Assembly: GCA_964057225.1 (NCBI GenBank)
Contig: OZ059898.1
Coordinates: forward strand, 7,254,001 to 7,318,000
DNA from: Auanema rhodensis
Lineage: Eukaryota > Animalia > Nematoda
Direction: 5' to 3'
DNA: 64,000 bases
In this document: positions 1-13,798 of the stretch, one piece after another
Layout: every line of letters starts with the position of its first letter
How positions within the stretch are numbered: position 1 is the first letter of the stretch
Notes under the pieces: model-generated
Seen by the model: the letters and a program-made list of their open reading frames with translations, nothing else
Told to the model about the DNA's origin: nothing
The model's database searches: none
Translations under genes and position numbers: made by a program

Positions 1-317
1 CACTTATTTTGTATAATCATTCCAAAACCTAGTTAAAAACTTTCGCCATACAAATCAATGGATTGCGAGTCATTTTAATAATTCAATAAGGCCAAATTAA
101 CTTATTTTTTGTTAATCGAAAATTCCACTTGATAATTTTTTCCCATTCTTTATGCCGTGCTCTTCCACTTAATAAGTTGAACTTATTGTGATTTTTTCTA
201 GTATAATACTTGTGATCAGTCTTTTGTTTTCACATGTTCTCTTTCGGGTAAATTTTGGTGATGAGGGAAATTGATGTGCAAAATTGTTTTCAAACGTGAT
301 AAATAAATCTTTCAGAA

Positions 318-400
318 TCATTTTTTCCCAGTGTTAGTTTTTCTTCTTCTGCATGAGAGGATCCAAACTGAAATATATAGTTCATTTACTCTCAACACAT

Positions 401-487
<87 letters not shown>

Positions 488-3028
488 ATACCTGCAACTG
501 AAATAAAAATTATAGATCCATTTAGGATGTGGACAACTAAAGGTGCTTTAACATAGTGAGCATCTGGTTTCATTCTTGCTGATTCATTTCTTACTGGAAT
601 GGAAAATCTCTGAAAAAATAAATCAGAAAATATGTGACAATTATAACTACAATTTCATCTGTACAATCCTTTATAGTTTCATTTCCACATAACTCTGAAA
701 ATACTCCACGTGGTTTATAACGCAATGGGCAACTACATCGTTTGAAACAGGGAGAGTATGTGAGAGGCTTGAATGTAATAAAATATAATATAAACCAAAT
801 ATGCTGTCTATCACCTTCAAAGATGTAAAACACCCTGGTCCTTTGTCCAACATTTCAGAAAGCCTAATGCTGTAGATAGTTTTGTGTACAGCATGCTTAT
901 TCAATCGTAGTAACCTAGCTAAATCTAAGCAATAACCACTAAAAAGAAAAATATCTCTTTAGTTTTCTGAATTAGTAACCTTGCTATCAAAAAGCCTTGT
1001 CCTTCTAAAAAAAGATTGTGATAATTCGGTTTAGGGTAGAAATGAGATCCAAGGAAAATATCCTGATAAAGTTTCTCAGTTCTACCTGTTTGCTTTTGAA
1101 TATGGTCCATAACCTTTAGTTGTTGAAAATATTATGCAGAAGTTGTATCACTTAATCATACTTTATACCAAGGTAAACATTTCTTTCCTGATTCCGAAGT
1201 TGTTTTATGGCCAAAGTAAGGAAGTGTATGATGTTCCTCGAAATTATCAAAAAATAATTTTGACGGTTTTGGCCAGCATCTGCGAATGAAACCATAACTC
1301 CAGTCATTAGTTTTGGTAGATATACGTTATCGTAGTGTCTTCGCAAGCTGAGAAACATGAATCCCACAATTGTCTTCCAACTTCGTTTATCATATAAGCT
1401 TGTGCGAAATTTTGATACAAACTATACCTCTTGTGGTTATTTATAAATCTGAGAAAGTGTTAGCAGTAAATACATGACTGATCGTCTTTTACGAAATCAA
1501 ATGGCTGGGAACATATCCTTGTACAGGAGCCCATGGTCCTAAAATTTCTGTTTGCATCCCAGATTGGTAGCACCTAAAGCCCATATAAAAACTTGAACAG
1601 TACTTTTTATCACTTTTTTCTGGTGGAAAATGATAATCCTTTATGCCATCCTCTGATAGATGGAATACCCAAAGGTCCAACTAAAAATTTTGTCTTTCAA
1701 AGTGAATCTGTTTAAATTATTTTCCTACCTTTATGTGATGATGTGAGAGCAGGTATGTTTCCAAGTATAGCGTCAACATCCAACAGATCTGTCAAATCTA
1801 AAAAAATATATTATTTTTTATCATTATGACATATAATAGACAACCAACCAATGACTTTATTATGCTTTTCAATCGTAACAACATCAATTACTTCTCGTGA
1901 GAATGGTAAATATGTCTCAAACGGCAGAAAACGATGATGCAAGCGAAATGGAAAATGACTTTTCCTCAAACATATCTGTTTTATATTGTGATTGCACGGA
2001 TTAAAGCATGGATTTCTGGCAATCTGGTTAAATATACAGGTTGCACCCCAAACGAGCTATAAGCTAAAATGCTTATAAGAATTTACCATCTTTTTTCTGT
2101 TAATATAGTAGCACCATGGTCCTAACGGATCATTATCAGGATTTCGACAATAGTTATGATGATCAGATATTATAACTATACTTTTTCTCAAAGAATATTC
2201 CAAAGAAGGTTTTTCAAAACGATTAAAGTCGTCAATAGTGAAATTTAGAGATGGAACATTATCCCATCGAATACATATTTGGTTTCTTAAGTTAGTTATA
2301 GCTTTATGAACTTTATGAAGCATAATTCTGAAGTATACCTGACTGTTACATCTTGATACCCACGGTACCATGTCATCCGATCATCAAATGGACGGCAAAC
2401 TATTCGTTTATCTTGCATAGGTGGTGGACGTTCTTTTTTTATCATTATCCATGCTTTATTATTCTTATTTGCTCTTCAGTCATAATAGTAAAAATATTTT
2501 TTGAAAAGCCAATCTTACCGACCAACGCAGCAATAGTCGTTCGGTGCTCCACATTGAGAACTCGAATTTTTCCAGCAGTCTTTTTCTTGAAGTATTAACT
2601 GAATGTAATATTTTAAAAAACAAATCTTCTATTCATTACTTTAGATTGTTCCAGTTCTATTTTATTCCAGCAATTGTGGGTGCAATAAAATGATTTATCA
2701 TTTGGCCAATCAACTTTAACACTTCGAGGTGTTGTTGTTATAACTAAAACATTTCTATAAGTTTTATTTCATTTATATACTAATAAAATAAAATACAAAT
2801 ATAATAATTGATTTGAAACCTGGTTTAGAGTTCAACTTTAACGAAGTCTTAGGCTTTTTGCTGGTTGTTCGAACTAAATAACATAAATAACTCAAAAATT
2901 CTGGAAAACAGTGACTTTCATTAACCTGTGGTTTTAGAAGAAATTTTATTTTTATTTTTATCTGTTGGTTTAAGACAATAAGTTAATGATAATATAATCA
3001 TTAAAATGAACAACCGATTAACATACAT
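318..3028 (-). CDS. Multi-exon type I membrane protein with kringle-like domain(s)
   Basis: Signal peptide MYVNRLFILMIILSLTYC. First kringle: CRPFDDRMTWYRGYQDVTV..ICIRW..HNYCRNPDNDPLGPWCY. Second, degenerate kringle: CWP..YFGHKTTSESGKKCLPW..GPGCF. C-terminal TM LVVHILNGSIIFISVAVWILSC followed by RRRK; TGA at 318-320. Middle exons only partly resolved. Confidence 0.75.
413..478. repeat. (TA)n microsatellite in the last intron of the kringle gene
   Basis: Directly visible TA run, preceded by a short (CA)n. Confidence 0.95.
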
Positions 3029-4278
3029 TTGTTAATAAAAATGAAAATTTTTCACGTAATTCACGTGAAATTGTATTTTAATTATTTGACAAGGAAATTG
3101 ACATATAAACGGTTGTTTGATGGTTTCAGAGAATATTTGATACTATACATATAGTTTTCATATAATATTTAATTTTTCACTACATTGTAATTTAAATATT
3201 TTTAGCGAATTATAATGTAATATATCAGAATTTGATTAATTTATCAATAGAATATAAGGCTGCTTTCATGATTACGAATTCATATCTATATAGTATATGT
3301 TAAAAGTGTCATTCACACACATATATGAATATAATTTTTTTTTTAAATATTTTTAAACAAATTAAATGTTATATATTTATATTTATATAATTTATTTTAA
3401 ATATAATATTGATAAATGTATGTATTTATTTGAATTAAAATCTAAACGTATAGTAAATGTTAGCGCTTTATATATATATCTATCTATATATATATATATA
3501 TATGCTATACTAATAATTTTAGTATTAGTTTATGCTTGAAGTCTTGAAGTCTTGAGTTTCTTGAAAAAAAAAACCCCGATATGGGTATGTTTACGAACAT
3601 ATATTACTATGAGGTATTACTTGAAGTGTAAATTCAGTCAATTTTCAATGATTAAGATTGAAGTATTAATTTTCTATAATTAGTTGATATACATATAGGT
3701 ACATATGCAAATTATATCACATAAATATTTATAATCATCTTTTTGCTTTAGCAATTCGAAGCAGTTGGTAAAAGCTGTCATGGCCGTTTCCATGACCACA
3801 CGTACATAGCAGCCTGAAATAGTGGAGAAATACGAACAGAATAAGAGAGTAATATAGGAAGAAATAGAAATGAGGAGATTGAGAGAAAATAAAAGAGAAA
3901 TATAAGTTGTATAACAGAAAAAAGAGAGAAAGAGAGAGAGATACGAAGTGAGAGAGAAAAAAAGGAATGTAGAGGAGGAGAACGAAAAGCTAAACCCCTC
4001 CTATGCATGAAAATCATATGTGAAATATACATCCATCGTCTTTGTTATTTTGAATTTGCTTTCTTATAAGTTTCCTTATAACAAGATGATTATTTGATAT
4101 TTCAATAGTTATATACAGGTGCATGCATATATTAAGTGATGTTCGTATATTTTAAACATGTATCTCGTCATGTTACTCTCTAAACTTATCGTTTTATTAT
4201 AATAATTATTTTATCTTCAAACTTGATTTAAACTTTATATAGAAAATAAGACATAAACAGGCTGCACAGGCAATTCAA

Positions 4279-5409
4279 ATGGAGACAAACGCTTCATCAG
4301 ATTTGGTAGCCCGATGGAGTGTTCCATTACAGGACAAAGTAAGCAATAATATATATTTTTCAATTATTTTTAATACATTTTAAATATTTAATATAATTAT
4401 ATAATAAAACAAACAATAATAAACGAGAACGTTATAGTTTTATTACTAGATTCATCGTATTGAATTTGAGCATGGAACAACAACTGGAAAACGAATTATT
4501 CGTGTTGATGGAAAGGTATTTTCTTTTCAACTTTTATATGAATTGAGAGTAATTAAATATGTTAAATTTAATCAATAACATTATAAAATAAACAATACGA
4601 TTATTTTATTTTAAAAAAATTAAAATAACTGTATAAATACTCTATAAAGCCTTAACTATTAATATTTTAAAATTTTTAGGAAGTTCTCCGGCATGATTGG
4701 ATGTTTAAACTTGTTGGAAAAGAAACGTTTACTATCAGCAACATGAAATGTGTTATTGGTGTTGAAGCTTTAGGTACTTTTGCCTATGAATACAGTTTGG
4801 AAGTACGAAAGCTTTGTATTTTTTGCAACCATATAATGCTAACTATATTTATAGGTTAATGGTAAGCCATTCGAAAAATTCCGAGAAGAACAAAGTAAAA
4901 AATTACAAAGTTGGGAAATTCATATAAACGGAGATGACACCCGTATCGTATTAGGTTTCGTTTTATTTAAGTATAGGAAATTAAGAATTTATATTTTTAG
5001 ATAAAGACACTATGGAAGTTTGGGTCAATGGTCAAAAGATAGATACAGCTGTTAGTACTTTGAAATTATAATTCAAAATTAAATTTTACGCTTATTTTCA
5101 TTTACAGGGAGAATTTGTTGATGATGGAACTGAAACACACTTTGAAATTGGAAGACATTTATGTAAAATACGTTCCGTATGTATTATATAAATAATTTAA
5201 TCTTATATCTCACAATATATGCACATATATTTCATTATCAAAAGAACAAAAATTTTAAAATATTCATATTATTAATTAAGATAAGTATTCTAATGTTTTA
5301 GGTAAGTAGTGGAAGAAAAAAAGTTGGTGTTGTTCATGCTCTATATGTGGATGGTGTGCCACAAGTTTGTGCTGAATATGGAACTGATGCAGGACCATTA
5401 GCAAGCTAA
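4279..5409 (+). CDS. FAIM: Fas apoptotic inhibitory molecule (FAIM) family protein
   Basis: Spliced product METNASSDLVARWSVPLQDK/IHRIEFEHGTTTGKRIIRVDGK/EVLRHDWMFKLVGKETF..YEYSLE/VNGKPFEKF..GEFVDDGTETHF matches FAIM motifs; GT-AG introns. Confidence 0.92.
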
Positions 5410-7015
5410 TAGTTTACTTATAACATTGAATCTCTATATATACATTTGAATATTTTTTATATATCCTTGTATTTTTATAAAAGAAAAAAGAAAGAATATT
5501 TCAGTATTCTTGATTTAACTATATTACATATAATATTCTTTTAAATCTATACATAATTGTGTGTACAAGAGAAAACCTAATAGAGGTCAAAATGAATAAA
5601 CATAATAATATTTCTCTCAATAATATATTTTCTATCAATAAACATCTGAACTTTTACACTATATTTCAAAAATTATTAAAGAATTTATCTATTTGACCTA
5701 GCATGCACTTCGGATATCTCAAAATTTCATATAAATAACTGTTTCGTTGCTGCACGCTTGAGCTTCCTTTAAATCTGTTTTTCAATTTTTTGCGCAAATT
5801 TACGGTTTTTCATAATATAAATCAAGTTTTTATTCTTTTTGTACATTTAAATAGTTATGCTTTAATCAATAACATACTATAATGAATATCTATATGATTC
5901 AAAAGAATCAAAATTTTTATTATAAATTAACATTTCAAAGCAAATTATCTGATAATAAGTTGTTGCTCTTCTAGTTGAAACATAGAATTGAATGATAATC
6001 ATCATAATCTATACAAGATTCAACTTCAATCATAACAATAATTTTATAATTTAATATTCTAGTATGTACATATATATATATTTATTTATTTGACAAGTAT
6101 TTATATATTTTATATTTAAATTGTTTTTTTTTGTTTTGAAAAAGATAAATAATTCTAATTATATTAATATATGTTTTTCATTTCTATTACACATATGGTT
6201 GTGATGCATGTATTTACAATATGATCTTTATGATTTAATCAATTTATAACCTTATATGCTATAAGATATTAAAATAATATAAATTAAAACCAGTTAAATA
6301 TTGAAATGTACATGTTGATTAGCGATAAGTCAGAGGATATTCATGTAATCTATGCTCGTTTTGTTCGTTGCCATAGGTCTTTCGTTAGGGAATTCCTTTG
6401 TCTTATTCACTATCATGTGTAATTATCTTTTTCCTTATATCTTATGGGTTGATTGAATTGGTCTCTATTCATATCTCTATCCCTTCTCTTAGTTATACAG
6501 ATTGATTGCTAAAATGTATATTCGTATACCTAATAGCTTTTAACTTCTTTATGTTTTCACGACTTTTCACATGACAAGTAAGATCATGACTTCAAGTTCA
6601 ACATAAGTAAAACTTAAGATCTCAAATGACATTCAATCCATCCAAATAACTTCAGACAGAGAGATGAGACATTCAGGCATGTCTATGAAGAAAGAATATG
6701 ATGAAAGAGAACGGCAAAAACGTTGAAGAACAGAAAACACATACTGCCCATGGGGAAATTCAGAGAGGTACAAAGATACATAAAGGAAAATGAGTACAGA
6801 CTCAAGCTTGCCGTCATAGCATCCGCCCGTCTTTGCTTAAGCTGGACGACCCTCTGTTCACTCTGTCTGCTAGTTACCCTTCTACCACTATCTCGGCTAC
6901 CTAGTTCCGCCCTCCGGCTATTCATCTAGCCAACAACCCCACACACACTCATATATACACGTACAGCAGTGAATGTATGGTGTAGTGAGCTAAGCTGAAA
7001 AGAGAAAAAAAAGAA

Positions 7016-7016
<1 letters not shown>

Positions 7017-7066
<50 letters not shown>

Positions 7067-7072
7067 AAGAGA
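7017..7072. repeat. (GA)n microsatellite
   Basis: Directly visible. Similar GA/CT tracts occur near 10816-10865, 13680-13790, 57257-57310, 60975-61075 and 62047-62142. Confidence 0.9.
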
Positions 7073-7575
7073 GCAAGAAGAGGTGAAAGAAGAAAAAGAA
7101 AGATATATACAAGCTATAGTTAGTCCAGTAGTTCACAACGGACGGCCTCTTTGAAGGGTTCATCTGTTATAATATTCCTTTTTTTCTTCCTTCTTATATT
7201 TGATTATATTATTTCTCCTTTTCTTCTTTTAGTATATTATAGTATTTTTGATTTTTGATTACGAATATGAATGTTTGAGCTTGTTTTCTATCATAATTTC
7301 TCAAACACATCAATTCCACAGAGGTTTATCAGGACTTCTTGTATCCTTTACGTACTGAACTGTTCTTACATGCTTTCTATAAAATTATGAGTCTATCACT
7401 ACCTCTCTTCCTTCATCCCACTGTCTCTCTATTTTCTCCATCTGTCTCTCTCTCTAACTTTTTCATTTTACAAATTTCTGTAAATTCATGTCGATAGAAT
7501 CATTTGTTCTTTCTTTTTTCAGAAGTATAAAAATATATTTCAAATTATTTCTATTGCATTGTCCGACAATCGGAG

Positions 7576-10500
7576 ATGTTTCGTTCACGGTCCAGTTCTA
7601 TAACCTCTATTCATGGCAGATCCAGTAGGAAAGGTAAGATTGAATTTCATCACAATTGAACCTTATTTTTCTATGATATGCACTTCATAAATATTCTTTT
7701 TTAAATTATTATTTATTATATTTTTAATGAAAAAAAAATGAAAAAATTTTTTTACTTAATTGGCTGATGAGGAATTATTTAAAGAAAAATAACAATTTCA
7801 ATAACATTTTGTTTTGTTGGCTCTATTCCTTTTTTTTTCAGTCAGAAAAAAAAGAAAATGATATTTCTTGCTCGGTCTCTCTCTCTTTCTACCATTTTTG
7901 TGAGCTTGTTTTTTTAAAAATCAGCATTTGATCTTTTTCCATGTTCTATACACATTTATTTTATATTTTAATTTATTATATAAAATAATAATTATATAAC
8001 ATAAATAATCTTGAAATAAATATAAATATTTTTAGGAATATCATTGGACCGAAATAATAATCATATTCGTATTGATAGACAAACACGCCTTGTACATAAT
8101 ACCTCAAAGCATGTTAATGAAGGCTTTTTCGGGGTCAGTTTCATTTTTATTAAACGGAAAATAGCTTTTTTTCTTTAATTAAAGTAACTAATTTAAAATT
8201 GCAATCTTTAATTACATACACAAAGCTTTCTCCTTTCAAAAAGCTTTTTTTTTCATTTTTAACGAAATCAGAGAAGAAATTCAAATAATCAAAGATGGTT
8301 GTCTGTTTTGTGATTCACACACATATATAAATATACATTAATTCATTCATTTTCTTGCAAACTTCTATGGAATTAATCAAGAAATGATACTGAGGTTTGG
8401 TTGCCCAACTTTGCTCACATAGTCGTCATGATTTTTGTGGTTTTTTTAAAACTAAAACAAGCAAATAAAATTATGAAGAAATGAAAATTAGCTCTTAACA
8501 GTTTATAATTTTTATTATTTGAAATTAAATAATATATTTAAACATTTTGCACTAAGCTTATCTCAAATGAAATCTATTGTTCAAAAATAATACATTTTTT
8601 TCTTTTTAAAATTTGATAAATGAGTATATGTATATTAATAAAATAGATTAAAATATATTATACTATGCTAACTATTTAGCTTTTTTTTCTGTTTGAAATG
8701 AATAAAATATGTATAAGTAACAATCAAAAAAAAGGTTAGTCAGCTGATTTAGAAAGCAGTTACCTACATTACAAAGCAAATGCAATAACATATTCGTTTT
8801 TCAATGAAATATATTTATTTATATTCTTTTTAAAATAATTAATTCTTCTCACCTTCAACGTACTTTTTAATTTTGTATGAAAATTCACTTTTCGTGTATA
8901 GAATGTTGCCGGATGCTCTTTTAGCATACATCCGGAAAAAACTTATATCGTCCTCAAGTTCGTATTGAGAACAACAAGATATTTTGACTATTCTGAACGA
9001 TAGTAAAAGAGAATGAGAAGAGTATCTTCAAGGGAATTTTTAATTTGACCAATGAATATGAAGTTAGCTTGATACCCAAATTTTGAAAGAAGTATTCTAT
9101 TCATTATTGACTTTTCATTCTCTTCATCATCATCTTCATCATCATCAACATCATCAACATCATCAACATCATCAACGTCATGATCGTATAGTTAGAATAG
9201 GAAAGAAAAAGTTCCTGTGGAGAACTAATGCCTAGTTCCTTTTTCTAGACTGCTTCCGGTCATTTTTCCTTGTTCTGGGCATTGAAAACCAGAAATGGAG
9301 ATAGTGCTTATGAGCTGGAGATCTAAATTCGGAAGAAAAGTAGAGAAAGCATGAGAACGCCGAAAGATTAAAGTATAAAAGGTTGATTTTCTCGATTCAG
9401 GTTTAAGATGTTACAATGTAATTGAACCATGAGTATACTACGAGATATTCCGGATATGCTTTACGTTGGAAAGCATATTTAAAACTTAAAAATGCATGCT
9501 AAAATACAAACAAAATATATGGAAGAAAATTTCCAAATATCATTGAGAGCATTGCAACCTTCCAATTCAAATAGTAACAATAGCATAGGAAAGGCTTTTA
9601 TGTGCTCCTCTTAACTATGTGTTCTTAGTCAGCTATTCTGTTCATAGATGTCAATTATGTACACGCACATAGCATATAATCTATAAGAAAAGGTGACTGG
9701 CTGACTACATGACGAATACATCTCAGGTTTTTCTGTCAAACCCAACAGTAGCCGCTTGCTCAAGAGCAACAAGCACATCAAATCAGCCAGCTGCACTGTG
9801 AAACCACAAATTTATGAATTGTATTGAATCAATTAGCCAGGCTAAAGCACCTTTAGTTGGTAGTCTCCAAGCCATATGTAGGCAAGCTTCTGCTTGTTCA
9901 AAGCAAAGCTATTAGTTGAATGAATGGATATAAACGAAAAACTAGCGACAATTATAAAAAGAGGAGAAAGACCTGAAAATATATACATATATTTAGTAAA
10001 AAAATTTTTTTTAAACTTTAAAAAAATTTAATCACATATAAAAATATTGTTATTTTTTAATTATTTTATTCTATTTTTTATTAATTTAGTTATTATAGGC
10101 TTCAGAAAATATTCGTGTGGTTAATGCTCGAACATGTTTGGAACGAAGCTATGAAATTGGCCCATTAGTTGGACAAGGCAACTTTTCACGTGTATATTTT
10201 GCTCTTCGACGAAAAGACGAAAAGAAATGTGCTTTAAAGGTATGGTAGTTAACCAAATTTTCTTTTTCCTGTAGTTGAAAGTTCGTCGTATATATCTTCA
10301 TATATATACATATGTATATATTAAAAATGTGCACGTAAGGTAAAAGTAGTCTGAAGGACCAAGTACTTCCGGTCTAGAATGCCCTTGGTCTGACCAAATG
10401 TTGAACCAAAATGTGAATTTCCAAAGACCGGAAGCTGATTTGAGCCCTATGACACAGTGGCCAGTAACTAACAGAGCTTTACAATTGCCTACGAATCCCA

Positions 10501-10812
10501 AGAAAAAAAAAACAGAAAAAGTGTATTAAAGGGGGAAAAAGATGCTTAGTATCTACTTATTATAACTTTTTTTGACTTAACTTGACAAAATCTATATTAT
10601 TTATGAATATTAAAGTTATAGTATATAGTAATTCTTTCAAGTATTTGTGTGACTTTTTGTTCAAAATATTTGAAAAAGGCAGTTATCTGCTTTTATGTCC
10701 TTTTTTTGTTTTCTTAATAATTCATGAAAGGCCACAAAAATTCTTTTCTTCGTTAAGGCATCCTTTTTCTTTTTCGTTTTTTTTCCTGACCTAACCCTTT
10801 TCTGTCCTCTAA

Positions 10813-10865
<53 letters not shown>

Positions 10866-12756
10866 ATTCCTCTTTCTCTTATTCTCCCATCTCTCCAAGA
10901 GTATCTGTACTATGTCGTTGTCTTCAACCCAATGTCTCTCTTTCATGTAGTTTTTCTTTTTCTGTTTTACAATCATCTCTCCTTCTTCTTTCCTTTCGTC
11001 ATATTTGGCGTTTTCATCTTCTTCAAAGCTTATACGTTCTGTTGTTCTGTTGAAATGGAATAGAGAAAAAGCTAAAAGAGCCAGTTAACTATGTCAAACA
11101 AAAACCAAAAAATTGACCACTGGAAAAGAAGAGAAAAGGCATAACAGCTCATTGTAAGAAGAGGGGGGATAGTGCTACTACATGTAGTAGCATGCCAGAT
11201 ACTAAAGGAAAACTTGAAAAACAATGAAAATAATTGTGAAAAAGTTGAAGAAAACTCTAATAATAGAAATAGAAGAAACCTCTTCATTGATGATATAAGT
11301 ACAAAGTCTTATAATTCAAAATGAAAGATTTATTATATAATATAGAATGAACAATAATTCTTCTAATGAAAAAGAAGAACCAAATTTCAATCATTAAAAA
11401 GCATCTCTTTCTTAATTAAAACTTTTTTTAGGAAATAGATAAGACACAGTTGAGAGGAAAATGGTTTTTTGTGGAAAATGAAGTGGAAATTATGGAGATG
11501 TGTAATCATCGTAACATCGCTCGATTGGTTGATGCTTTCAAGACTTCTCACAAATATTTTTTAATATTTGATTATGCTCAAGTAAGTATCTAAAACATGT
11601 TTAAAATATATTTCGATATTATCAATTTTTTTTGAAAAACAATTTGTATTTTATTCAATATAAATACAAAAAAAAGAAAAATATTATAATATATGTATGC
11701 ATAAGTTTATATTAATCTAAAATTATTTTATTAATTATTTATATTATATTTCTTTTTATATACAATAACTATATAAATCTATTTATAATTATTATAAATA
11801 GAAAACGAAATCAAAATATTATTTTGCTTCTTGACTTCACCCAAAACTCAATTTAGTACACAAAACCATTTTACTCATTCATGCAAGTATAATAATTTCA
11901 TATAGTAAACTTTAAGTTGAAACTTGAATATGTTTTAAAATATTCTCAAATAAATGAAAAAAATTTTAAAAATGTTTTTATGTTTCATCTTTAAATGTAT
12001 TTTTCAGAATGGTGACTTGTTTGAAGCTATTCGGGTACGTGGTAAACTTGGTGAACAAGAATCTGCCAGCATTATTTCTCAAGTAGCTCATTTAAAATTT
12101 ATTTAAACATAATTGAATTGTTTTCAGACTTCTTCAGCTTTAGCATATCTACATTCACGTAAGATTGTACATCGGGATGTAAAACCCGAGAATCTTCTTC
12201 TGTATTCAAATTGGCATGTACGTCTATGTGATTTTGGCTTAGCATGTACTGTTCTTGGTCCTTTGTTTCGTGTCTGTGGTACTCCATCCTATTGTGCTCC
12301 GGAAGTACTAAGAGAATGTGGTAAGCAACAACATTTTTTGATTATGCTTCAACTTGTAACATATTCTAGGTTATGGTACTGCTGTTGACGTATGGTCTAT
12401 GGGTGTATTACTACATATAATGCTTCTCGGTTATGCTCCATTTCGTTCATCCGATCGAAATCGATTATTCCGATTAATCATGCAGGGACGTTTGCATTTT
12501 GATTTACCCGAAGGACGCAAACTTAGTACTCGTATGTTTATGTTCTTTCTAGATTTACGGAACTAATTATACTTATGTAGGTGCTCGTGATCTCATTGGA
12601 CGCATGGTTAATACGAGGCCAGAAAAACGGCCTAAAGCAGCAGAAGTTCCATTACATCCATGGATTGTTCAACATTGTTCCGATTCATCAGATGACAGTC
12701 TAACCGGAAATATAACTAAGCATATTGGATCAATAAACTTGGATTATGATGAATGA
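7576..12756 (+). CDS. Ser/Thr kinase, CaMK group, DCLK-like catalytic domain with no DCX domain seen
   Basis: Exons give [76 protein letters not shown] and HPW; stop at 12754-12756. The first two small exons (7576, 8036) are less certain. Confidence 0.85.
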
Positions 12757-13798
12757 GCTATTCCTAACATACCATGACAACCAAAATAAAATGAAGTTAT
12801 TTTCAAACAATGATCTGAAATCATTTTTTCTTCTTCGTGTCATGCGAAAATTTTTAGTTTTCAGTCTTTTCTTTGAGATTCTTTTGTCTTTCTAATGTTT
12901 CAAATAAGTGACATTCCTTGTTGATTACTTATATTATCACAAATCTTTATATAATTTTGATTTTTTTCTCGTTTTCTTCATCTTTCTTTCTATTATATTC
13001 CTCATCCAAAGAATGTCTTTTCATTATGATACATATATTTCAATGATCTAGTCAGAAATCAGTATACTGTATGTATTATATTTTATATTTTCAATTTTTT
13101 TCCGTAAAAAATAAATATATTTTTACATTTTACAATTAAATAATATTAAAATAGATAAGATTTACATTATTAATTAAAAAAATAAAACTTTATTAACATT
13201 ATTAAACATTCAAGATTACAATATTTATATTTGTTCTAAGTCAAGGATAAAACTGAGACAATTCGAGACTGGATATTACAGAAAAGGGGGGAAGGGGGGA
13301 TCTGTACAATCAGGCAAGTATAATCTTCTTCTTAATTATTACTTAATATAAAAACTAATATAAAAAATAATTATATATTGTATACTTAAAGTGATGAAAT
13401 GATAACTTTAAATCTATTTCATATCTAAAACTATGATTTTACAATTCATTCTTCTAAATAATAATAAATGTATGTAACAGTATCAGTTATCTCAAACATT
13501 TTTGATAAAAAACGGTAAAACCACGATACCGAAGCTTAATTACTTTTCTTATCGGAAAAATTCAATCAAACAGCTACTGATCGAGGAATAAAAAGAAATC
13601 TTGATTACCAAAGAAACATGAAGAACTTCTGATAGATCGGAAAAGAGAAGAAAGAAAGATAGGGGAAGAGAGAAACATTGAGAGAAAGAGAGAGAGATAA
13701 AAAGAGAGAGAGAGAGAGAAAAGAGAGAAGGGGTAGAGGGAAAGAGGGAGAAGGGGTAGAGAAAAAGAGATGAAAGAAGAAGAAAAGAGTTTATTACC

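Noticed and set aside
353-573. ORFs with (YI)n runs, also near 18864 and 45692
   Set aside because: Translations of TA microsatellites; only the short real exon inside 382-573 is coding.
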